From Ramazzottius varieornatus (Eukaryota > Animalia > Tardigrada), in assembly GCA_001949185.1 (NCBI GenBank), contig BDGG01000020.1, positions 351,630-376,355 of the forward strand: DNA of 24,726 nucleotides. Reading direction: 5' to 3'. Numbering within the stretch: the first letter of the stretch is position 1; each line of letters opens with the position of its first letter. A program made the position numbers and the translations under genes. Below, in pieces: positions 11,004 to 20,189 of the stretch. Below the pieces are notes generated by a model. That model was not told the origin of the DNA, did no database searches, and saw only the letters and a program-made list of their open reading frames with translations.

Positions 11004-11598
11004 GTCTGAAGTAGAAGCCGGCCATCGCTAAGGAAGATGCCATGCCCCACAGTCGCGTGGGCCAGTATGGATTGCAGTAGGAGACGAAACGAGCTGCGTA
11101 TGATGACATGTCACGACGCTTGGAGGCTGGCAGGGTCATGCAGTGCTCCAGGGCGTCCTGCAGCGGATCGACGGTGGCCGGGTATCCGGGATTCAGGGTG
11201 CCCTGGTTCTCCAAATCGTGCTGGCTCATTCGTCCTTCACACAAGTGTCATCGACGTCAGATTCATTATCGCTGTCGGTGATGCCATGGTCTACGTTGTT
11301 GGTGACGAAGAAGCTACCAGGAGCCCCAGCACTGGGCACGGATGCAGGTAAGGCCGGGGGTGAGGTAGGCGTACCATGAAATGCCGGGCAGGCCATGATA
11401 GACACACAAAGAATGGACAAAGGGGACGAAGCGTTGCCTATATCCCAAAATCCACCAAATTCGAAGGTACCGTCCCTTTGTACGCAAAGACCTCGGCGGT
11501 TGCGTGGCGTAAAATCCATATTAGCAGTGTGGCGTAAAATCCAAGCAGACACTGTTGCGTGTGAGGCCTGTCTTCCTTCACGCCTAATGACATGGCCA

Positions 11599-11632
11599 TA
11601 TAAAAGGCCGGACTGTTTTCATTCATTCATTC
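11599..11632 (+). promoter_or_regulatory. RNA polymerase II core promoter: TATA box + initiator for the PC4-like gene
   Basis: TATAAAAG at 11599-11606; overlapping TCATTC Inr-like motifs with an A at 11629, 30 nt after the TATA start; first ATG at 11749. Confidence 0.7.
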
Positions 11633-11748
11633 ACCACCGCTGCCGCCACCGCCGCCGATCTCCATCCGTTTCGAAAATTTTTCTCATTTGGGCGTGCCTC
11701 ATTACAGCCTGGGTCTCGTTACTGTCTGTGTGGGTCATTTTAGGTTGT

Positions 11749-13503
11749 ATGATGGACATGTACCACACCACCACCGCTTCTGGTCGTCACCAGCAGCCGT
11801 AGCAGCAGCACCACCATCAACTGCACCACCAGCACCCTTCATCCCAACCGCGTCCCTCTCAGCCACAGCAGCAGCCACAACCGCAGCAGGTTCAGCTAGT
11901 CCCGCAACGACGAGAAGCGCTCCATGAGGCTCACCAAAATGGACAAGTCCGACCCGGTACGCAAGCGCCGTCAGCGTCGCCATCGCCTCCCCCCAGGGCT
12001 CCACCGTATCGGACAGCCAAGAGCCGGACCAGTGCGAAAATGACGAACTGCTGCTGGCCGCTTTGCTGGAAGAATCCCAAGATATTGTGGACGTTTCCAT
12101 GCCTGCTCTCGCTATTGCCAACGGTCCTGGGCTTACTGGCGCTCCTGCTGGCCTTCATCGTCCAGCCGCTGCTGCTCAACCATCACCTTCCGGTACACCA
12201 GCCAGTCAGCAGCAACAACAACAAACACAACAACAGCAACAGCAAATGGCACCACCTCCCAACCTCACCAGGACCAAGACAGTTCGCGTCAAGCCTCAAG
12301 TTTCCAAACTGGACCTGGTCGGAGGTCAACCACTGGTGGCCAACGATCAACCGACCACAGCACCTACGCCATCTCCTAGCGCTGTGCAGTGTAAGCCCAA
12401 GTTCCCCACTGTTAACCACGGCTCTAAGAATGCTGCGCTCCCACCTCAGCGGGATCAGCAAGACTTTGTTCTCCCAAACAAGAACAACAACCGCTACGTC
12501 AACGAGGATCCCAACATTGAGTACAAGCGAAATTTCCCCACCGGAAAACCAGCCTTCTTGTACCAAGGGTTCCCTGTGATGAAGTTTGGGTGAGCTCCTT
12601 GAATTTGGATGGTCGTTCCGTTACTTTATTTCCTCTTTTGCCCCTTTGCAGGTACGACAAGTTCTGCTGTCTGCGCTTGACGGATGAAAACGAGCTGGAA
12701 GCTGTCATTGGCGATTTCACCTGCGATCCTCCGGGCTCGGGCAAATGGGAACCGAGAGCCAAGCACGTGGTCCTCGAGATAAGGAGCAACTGCTGCGCCT
12801 AGTTGGGCTCATCTTCAATAACTTCACGACCAACTGCCGTGACGCCAAGGTCGCCGATACCGGTGCCAAGGTGTCCTCCATGTACAACCTGGGGAAGGAG
12901 GTCTACTTTGTCTGGTGTGCCTACAACGACACGGCCATGGCTAACGTCCGCCAGTACTTCCGGCGCGCCAACGGTGACATGCAAGCCACCAGCCAGGGCG
13001 TCTCGCCAAAGCCTACGACTCCTTCCGGACCGGCATCATGGACCTGACACTAATGATGGAGGCTGAGAAGTGCTGAGCTTCCGCACTGGCCCAATCCCTC
13101 CTCTCCCCAAACCCAACCTGCAAGAACTGATCACGGGCTTGCCCTTCGTCATGTTCAAATAATGGCTCTTGCGACTGGAAGAAAAGTGTGACAAGTGTCA
13201 GCAGCTCCGTCTGGTCTTCAAGGAGCCTCTGCGCCGGCATGCAGGCCACCACACCTGTCACCGGGGACGAACGGAGCTGACCTTGGACGAATGCATGAAG
13301 GCGGACATTTTCCGCGATCTTCTCCACAGCAAGCGGGTCTTTGGTGGGTGAAGGTTACAGCGGGCATTTTGTTTGTTAGTAGAATGCAAAAGCACCTAAC
13401 GATTTTAACCGCTGCAACTTCTGCTACAGGTATGCTGCTCTTGCTGAAGCCCTACGGAGATGCCAGCAACTTTGACAACTTGCTGCTGTTCCCGGTGGAG
13501 TAG
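11749..13503 (+). pseudogene. Gln/Pro/His-rich protein with tandem PC4 (Sub1/p15)-like ssDNA-binding domains and a CxxC...HxC motif; spliced, 3' end uncertain
   Basis: Intron 12590-12651 (GTGAGC...TTTGCAG) joins MKFG-YDKFCCL. YNLGKEVYFVWCAYNDTAMANVRQYFRRANGDMQATSQGVS resembles the PC4 core ([42 protein letters not shown]). A more divergent repeat FGYDKFCCLR...GKWEPRAKHVVL.KEQLLRL precedes it; CDKC...HHTC follows. Several stops and frameshifts. Confidence 0.7.
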
Positions 13504-13518
13504 TCTCCTCCAAACCAG

Positions 13519-13584
13519 GTGAGCACCGGAAGATTAATTATGCCTCTCTTTTGACCATAAATTAATCCTTCGGTGCTCACGCAG
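13519..13584 (+). other. Probable 66-nt intron that is almost entirely a hairpin
   Basis: CAG|GTGAGCACCGGAAGATTAATTATG...CATAAATTAATCCTTCGGTGCTCAC-GCAG|GT. Confidence 0.65.
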
Positions 13585-13713
13585 GTTTCACCATAGCCAA
13601 CACATCACCTGGTAAGGACCAACGGAATTACTTAGTGCTGTACCAAGTCACTGAGTATTCTTTGGTTTTTATACAGGCATCCTATATCTCCACGCCCATC
13701 AGCTAGCGTCACA

Positions 13714-14256
13714 TCACTCGACAACCCAACACCGCAATACTAGTTTGCCATTTTCTTTATTGCAAATTTGTCTAATTAGTGTTGTATTGTACACCCGTGT
13801 TTTTAGATCGAAACAGCTATTCACAAATTGACAAACCATCTTGTTGTTAGCGCGTGTGTTATCAGTAAACAAGTGCATAAAATCTATGTAAGACAATCGG
13901 CTTGCTCGTTTAAAAACAGACATCATAGCATACTGTCCACACTTTGCAGAAGCCGGCTGTTGAATTGTTCGGCACTGCTGTATAATTTTTAGCCCTTCCG
14001 TGAGACTTTGTAATTTAGGATTGTAGCTCCTCAGTGGTCTACCGTAACTGTCAAATGTTTCAATGTAGCCAGGATTGTCTTGGTAAAACGCCACCCAGTG
14101 AGTGCCACCACTGGTGCTATCAGAGCAGTTGGCAATGTAGGCCGACGGGAGTTCCTGACTGGGGTGGGGCAGCTGGTCGGCAGCAAAGACTCCCCGAAAC
14201 ACTGCAGCGGTAACCGAGCATGCCCTCATGGCACTGTCAATCTGCCACGTGTTCAT
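13714..14256 (-). CDS. Adenain-family (Ulp1-like/C5) cysteine maturation protease, uninterrupted
   Basis: MNTWQID...FRGVFAADQLP...IANC...GTHWVAF...FDSYG...IQQPASAKCGQY: His, Asp, Gln and Cys catalytic residues present. Confidence 0.93.
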   Translation of the reverse strand: MNTWQIDSAMRACSVTAAVFRGVFAADQLPHPSQELPSAYIANCSDSTSGGTHWVAFYQDNPGYIETFDSYGRPLRSYNPKLQSLTEGLKIIQQCRTIQQPASAKCGQYAMMSVFKRASRLSYIDFMHLFTDNTRANNKMVCQFVNSCFDLKTRVYNTTLIRQICNKENGKLVLRCWVVE

Positions 14257-14257
14257 T

Positions 14258-15662
14258 TCACGCCACAAAGTCGGTGACGAGCTGACGGAAGGTATTTATT
14301 TCTATCAGTAAATCAAAGTACAAAAGGCTGACACCCATCAACATCTTTGGCAAACTAGGGATATCGTGACGTCTCCCTGTTTGATCAAGCCCAGGGCGTT
14401 GCGACCACAGCCGCTAGGGCTGAGGTCGAAAGCAAAGAAAGTGTAGCCTTTAGCGTATCCGTCCCTCTCGAAAGGCAAGGAACCTCCCGGTGCGTGCTTC
14501 CTTCCTAGGACGTCCAAGAGACCGTCGAAACCCTCCAACGAGCGTCCCGTTTCAAAGTCCACCAGATACAGTTTGGACGGGAAGGAGACCCCATCGACTT
14601 GCAGAGAAATCTGGGTGAGATTTTTGTGAACAAAGTTGAGCGGATTAGTGTGGAGATTTCCCTCGAAGGAGTCCGATTCCACCAGCGCGAAAATTGACAT
14701 TTTGGATACCTGAAATAGCCGAAATTAGTCCCGCTATACTCATAACGCTGTCGATCACTCCATCACCTGTCCCATGTGGATATTTGGTAACTGCGTCCCA
14801 GTCGCTCCAATTGGGATATCGATCACACGGAAGAGCTGCTTTTCCAACTGATACTTTGCCGTTGTCGTCACCAGTTGTTTCGCCAAAGAATTCATGAAGT
14901 CAGGAGTTCCGACGTAACGCCTGATCAGCAGGCGTGGGTTTCGAATAAACCCTCGATGCTCCTGCCTGGTGCCAGAAGATCGTTGTCACCCCAACTTCAT
15001 AAATAGGAATACCGGTGAATTGAGCTGAAAGCGGATGTGCACGGGTACACCTGTCACCAGGTTTTTCTCCTGTGATGTTACATCCGAATAGACTTTACCC
15101 GACAGCTGCACCCACTTATGAGGGTGAACAGCTTCTGTCTCGCTACCTCCCCCTTGTTTTCTGCAGCAGTGTCCATCGCACCCGGAGTGTCGTAATAAAA
15201 CCAGCGGAGGCCAGCGCAGTACGAAGAGCCCCTTCGGAGTGCGTTGTCAAAGCTTCAATTATTGCCCGCTACGGGTAGTGTTGAGCGCAGTCGGAAACCA
15301 GGCGACTACAGAGTGATATCTGAACAGACCTGAACAGGCTGTGAGCGATCAAGTTCACCGGTGCAACATTGTCATCTTCTGACAGCTTCCCATAAGTTAA
15401 TGTTGACTTTTCGTTCTTGAATTGATAATTCAAGTTCGAACGATAACTCTGGCAGTGCCAGCAATGCATCCGTATATGGTGGAATGTAGAACGTCATCTC
15501 GCCCAGGGCGGGCAGATTCTCGGGTATGGCAGCAGTGGGTGCTATACGTTCCTCTTCAACACGGTATCGATCAGTTAAGGAGGCCGGAACGGAGAACAGG
15601 TTGGAATCGGCTGCCGTTGCCGGCTCCGGTCCTTCCAAGGTGAAGACGTTGACCGCAGCCAT
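14258..15662 (-). pseudogene. Major capsid protein (Polinton PY, double jelly-roll), frameshifted, one intron
   Basis: NLFSVP; PVNLIAHSLFRSVQI...HYP*RAIIEAL; TAKY; IPIG...MGQ|VSKMSIFALV; FEGNLHTNPLNFVH; GYTFFAFDLSP; IEIN..RQLVTDF. Stop abuts the protease ATG. Confidence 0.9.
14710..14766 (-). other. Major capsid intron (57 nt)
   Basis: CAG|GTGATG...GACTAAT...TATTTCAG|GT; contains in-frame stops; removal restores the GQ-x-x-K motif. Confidence 0.82.
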
Positions 15663-15665
15663 TTT

Positions 15666-16083
15666 TTAAAAAGTGTCAGGAAAATCGCAAGCAGGAATTC
15701 GTTTCAGACGAGTGGCGGTTCGCTTGTGTCGGCCGCGACCTGACGTCCTCAGTAGTCTACGCCGAGGGTGTTGCAGCGTGGGACGGCGTTGGTAGCGCTG
15801 GCGACGAGCTGACAGTGATGGAGCCACAAGAGCAGCAGGTTCCAACCCGGAGCCGCTTTGCTCAACGACCTCTGCACCAGTTTTTGGTGTCAATACCGAA
15901 GAAATTTTCTGCGCTATACCTTTACCCGCTTCATTAAAGACACTTTGTGCAGCCGTACTTAAATGCAGCTTTGCCGACTCCATGGCCGATTTTACATGCG
16001 GCATGGCACTTCGGACTAGCGGCGCGGCGAAACGTGAAAAGCGGGATGCCGCGGAAGAAACTTCCTAGACCTGCCCCGTTCTG
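15666..16083 (-). pseudogene. Basic virion core-like protein (PZ-like), 5'-truncated
   Basis: QNGAGLGSFFRGI...RFAAPLVRSAMPHVK...QSGSGL...Arg-rich tail ending DTF; located between the penton and major capsid genes. Confidence 0.6.
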
Positions 16084-17084
16084 ATCCTTGATAATTTTTC
16101 ATAGGAATGGCCTACATGGGTATAGGCCGCCACGTCACAGTAGATGAACAGCGACTGGTCGCCGAGATACAAGTTAATGCATCGCTTGGAAATTACTAGG
16201 TACGGTAGTTCGAGCACTGACAGTTTGAACTCATTCGGATACCGGTTAACGAGGTACCATACGCTTCTGTCCGCTTCCGTCAAGGGTTCATCTTCTCGGG
16301 GCCAAAACCTCGGCGTTTGGTGGGTAGTGGACGTGTCTGCGTAATTCTTCAGTCGATCTTCCATAAAATGGAATGCCGGACTGTCGGCAGCGCTGACGAT
16401 GGACTGGTTCTGGAAACCCAGCATTTCTTGTAAACGCGTAGATGCTGGCGGGAACTTTAACCTTACACGTAAGCTGGGAAAATGCACCCTTGCTTTACGT
16501 TCACTGGTATGGTATGAGAAGGCGAACGCCTTGGTTCCCGCTGACGGAGTGTGCTTGTGATTCTTAATGTCCTTAAAGTCCTCACCCAGTGTTACCGGTT
16601 CCAGGGGCGGTATTTGGCTGCCGATAACATGGAAAAGCTCGGCCAAATCGTAGATCACGGCGGGTACAGTAATTTCGTGCTCTTGAAGATGAAAGTACCC
16701 CTCTGTCCGTTGTTTCGGACGCGGTAAAAGTTCGTTCTTCTCTTTATCCAAACGAATTCCATAGAAGGAATTCGGCTTACGCCTGGTAGGTGCCAAACCT
16801 TGCGCCACTCGTTTAAAACTGGCGATTTCCTCTTCGGCGTCCTCTCGATGGACACACAGACCGATCAGCACAATTTGCTGAACAACAATTTTCTGATCCT
16901 CCGGGATGTTATACATTGAATGCGGGTAGATTAGTTCTACCAAAGCTACTTCCCACGTTCGGGATTACAACGCAATGGGTGCATGCAATCGAGTACTCCA
17001 AGAAGCCGCGTTGTTTTTCGGATGAATATCGCACAAAGCGTCAGAAGGCAAGGTAACATAAAATGGTCTACTTACCGATACCAT
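16065..17084 (-). pseudogene. Minor capsid protein/penton (Polinton PX), one stop, C-terminal deletion
   Basis: FYVTLPSD...HPKNNAASW..RL..PIAL*..WEVALVELIYPHS...EMLGF...SLFIYCDV...VG. Confidence 0.85.
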
Positions 17085-17089
17085 GATGT

Positions 17090-18020
17090 CTATTCACAGT
17101 TGGCTAACTCGTATCAATAAAAAAGCCCCAGAATCTCCTCTCCGTCTGTCTCGCGCACTTGGTAGATGGTCTCGGGAACGCACCTGATAACTTTGGAGAT
17201 GGTACAAATCTCGTCTTTAAAGTTCGGTTCGTAGCCCTTGGAGTAAATATCTTTCGTGACATTGATGCGCACTTTGTCTCCCACCCTAAATACTGCCTTC
17301 GCGGACTCCTCTCGAATTAACTTGCAATACAGACGGTTGAATACGAGCAACGAATTATCATCGTTGACGTCATTTGGAGCTAGTTGGTGAGTTGAATGAG
17401 TGGTCGCATTGTATTCGGCCACGATATGCGGTAGCGCGTCATAATACTTGACCGAAGGAATGCGCGCTGCGAACAGTCCCATATACGCTGACGTAATCAT
17501 CCTTTCCGCCATAGTCGCCTTGATCTCATCGTTCTCCGTGGAGAAGTGAACTATATCATGTTTTTTACATAAAGCAGCCACTTAGTTACAGTAAAACTCT
17601 TTGCCTTTACCTGTCTGCAGTTTTTCAGGGATGCTAATCTCGTTAAAAACTTTTATCAAGGCGTCTCAAACTAGCGCTCCCTCTCACCAATTCACCGAAG
17701 TCTTACCAATTGGCAGCTAGCTTTCTTACTGAAACAGTCAACGACAACGAGAGCCCAATTGCAGTGTTTATTTTTCGGAGCGACGATTGTCATGTCCATC
17801 ATGTCCATCATGTCCACTTGGAACTGATGATGACTGTCGTGGACGACTACTGGATTGCGTCGAAACCGCCTCCGACGTTGTTTCTACTTTTTGTACGCTG
17901 GGATTCGATTCAACAGGCGCTGAGCTTCCGCAGTACTCATGGAGGTCGTTTGCGCTCGTCGATACTTCTCGACTCCGCCAAGCTTCCCGCCTGTTTCGGA
18001 TCCTCCTAGTCGGTGGGCAT
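17090..18020 (-). pseudogene. int: Retroviral-like (rve, c-integrase) DDE integrase
   Basis: DPKQAGSL/GG; RRRFRRNPV; QFQVDMMDM; VVVDCFSKK; LQTGKGKEF (catalytic D changed to G); KATMAER; YNATTHST; FRVGDKVRI; KGYEPNF; GEEILGLFY. Multiple stops and frameshifts. Confidence 0.93.
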
Positions 18021-18049
18021 GACTAATAACCAGGTCCTCGTCCTCTCCG

Positions 18050-18538
18050 TCACAACAAGATTACTATCCAACGAGGTAAAGTCGGTATATTCATTCGACC
18101 AAGACCGCCCTGAGTTTTAGCTTTTCTTTCACGAAGACGACGCGGTGAAACTACCAGTGGTTCCGCGCTGTTTAAATCCTCGACCAGTTTTGATTTCGCA
18201 ATGCGTCCATGTCGCGTTACTAGTCCACTCTTCGGCGCTACGCGAGCTTTAGGCTGCTTTGTTGCCAATCCTGTTTCGTCAGACACTGGTGGCATAGGTG
18301 GAGCAGAGGGAGGTAGCGGCGGCAGTTGCGGCATGGCCGATTCTTCCGGAAAGGCTTGGGCCTTGTGTGAGAGGAACATTGCAGGTTGTCAGACAACATC
18401 TGTGCCTTAGTCCATTCAGACAGGTCTGAACGAGCCAAAATTTCCGCAAGAGAGTTGACGCCGAAAGGTGTTACACTGCCGTTGACGCCATTTCGGCATT
18501 TCCCTCATTACAGAATAGTAATCTGATTAGGTTGCCAT
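18050..18538 (-). pseudogene. Conserved-type small Polinton ORF (core-like), frameshifted
   Basis: EILARSDLSEWTKAQMLSDNLQ followed by a Pro-rich then basic tail with QGGLG and a terminal W. TATAAAT lies ~30 nt upstream of the ATG (18572-18566). Confidence 0.5.
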
Positions 18539-18966
18539 GCGGATCCTGAGTAGCTTACAGTCTAAATTTATAGCTGGAGTCAGTCACTGTTTCACGAAGT
18601 GAGCACATCAGCTTTTTTCTCGCGCCCTCCCTCCCCATCTCCAGACGTCCCTTGTATCGTTGTTCCTTTTCTCTTCTCTAGAATAATGATTTGAACCATG
18701 TTTGGTTTTCTTGTAGTTACATTTTTATCTATTGCGGTTCGTTGTGTAGATGGTACTCAGCTTTTAGCCCGAGAAAACCTCTATACCGTTTTATGTATCG
18801 TCTGTACACGTATATTCTGCACATCTATCCTATGTTCAGCCGGTGCTCAGTTTGTGCTCGAGTAAGCCGCTCAACGCAATGTATTTCTTTATATACCTAT
18901 ATACAACTAAACGAGGGGGACTGTGCGAAGGCTGGGCAAATGGCTTACGCAATTGTGTATATCCGC

Positions 18967-19182
18967 CTACCTTGACAGTTTACCTTCATTGACCCCAAGT
19001 ACTTCCGTGTTCGTTAGGTCCGGGCGTCAAGAAAGTTTATCGAGCGTCAGGGCGGTGAACGCTTCGGCGGCCTCCCGTTTAGCCAGTACATCGTTGATGG
19101 ATGGTGGTGCCAGACCCCGAAGAGCCCCCGTTCCTGTCTGCGTCAGTTCCTCGAACCTCTTCATATCGCGCTCGGGGACCAT
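18967..19182 (-). pseudogene. Small Polinton ORF remnant, possibly paralogous to 18050-18538
   Basis: MVPERDMKRFEELTQTGTGAL...KLS*RPDLTNTE. Confidence 0.35.
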
Positions 19183-19201
19183 GTAAAGAGTCTGCTTGGT
19201 G

Positions 19202-19525
19202 TTATTGGCTCAGAACGGACCCCACAACCGACGCCAGTACAGGCAGTAGCGCCGCAAAGAAACCACCTTTCTGCAGGAGGAGATCCCTCTTATACGTCAT
19301 CGGGTACGTTTTCAGTGCCAAGTTTCAAGGGCTTTTTCCAACACTGACAAACTTTCTTGTCTGTTTCCGACAGCTTTGCCGTGTTCTTCACGATGTTTAA
19401 GGCCACTTCCTCAAATGCTCGAATGTGACTTTATCGCAAAACTTTAACAGCAGTCGTCGTTGAGCCGGTTTGAGAGACTTCAGTGCGACCAGGTAAAGCG
19501 CAAGGCGATCAATTTTCTCCGACAT
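19202..19525 (-). pseudogene. Small Polinton protein ending in a protease site plus amphipathic/hydrophobic peptide
   Basis: MSEKIDRLALYLVALKSLKPAQRRLLLKFC...EVALNIVKN...LLQKGGFFAALLPVLASVVGSVLSQ*; frameshifted; directly downstream of the ATPase. Confidence 0.65.
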
Positions 19526-20189
19526 CGTGCTCGGATCCGGTATAAACTCGTACTCGTTGACCAGGTAAGATATGACTCCGGACTCTTAAATCTTCTGGAC
19601 AGTCGGATTTCAAGTCGATCATCGCGGGCTCAAATGGATGAGAAGTAGCTTTCTTGTACGCCAGGCTTAAATCGTGCTGTCCTGTTTGTTTGGCCAGCAG
19701 TTTTATCTGACCGACATCGCGCAGGTTTTTAAATACGATCATGTACGAGCAGTTCAGATGCAAATTGCGCATACTTTTTCCCTGCTGGAAAATATTTTGT
19801 CAGATATGCAGGCAGTCGACGTTCCGATGATGAATTCCTCGCGTGAACAGATCGCTGGCTTTCCGATTTTCGGCCACTGTCGATGCTAGATCATCCAAAA
19901 TTAGCAGATTATTTTCTGTTTTCGTAAAAAAGTTCTCATTGTCTAAAATGTCTGCGAGATTTTTCACAAACTCGACTTTTGGCTCAACAGTCAGCATGTT
20001 ATCGTAGGCCTTCTGCCACTCGGCATACGCGAAAACTATTCGAGTTGGAGGACGATCGAACGTTTCACCCTTATTTTTCAGCAGCCGAAGAACATACAGT
20101 GTTTTTCCAGATCCTGTGGGGCCCATGCAGAGAGCTCCGAACGGAGAGCGAAACCGAAAATCGTACTCCACCGACTTGAACTTTGACAT
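19509..20189 (-). pseudogene. A32/FtsK-like DNA packaging ATPase, one frameshift at ~19810
   Basis: Walker A GPTGSGKT, Walker B LLILDDL, FTRGIHHRN, QNIF...RNLHLNCSYMIVFKNLRD..QI. Confidence 0.93.

Larger units (their letters stand above)
10005..11396 (-). pseudogene. iap: Inhibitor-of-apoptosis protein (single BIR + C-terminal RING), 3 exons: ~11396-11004, 10716-10516, 10378-10005
   Basis: Spliced: ...AARFVSY..WP...LAMAGFYFR|RGFPAIVRCFYCDVQVEVRGNDVDPWVGHVQAAATCAFV (exact BIR C-x2-C-x16-H-x6-C) ... LRCKICLDFQSSLFFEPCQHVCTCGPCGTAMT*CPVCRQLIRDRKEIFLS* (IAP-type RING spacing and FLS end). Two premature TAGs (10194-96, 10059-61) and a frameshift at ~11230; start codon uncertain. Confidence 0.9.
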
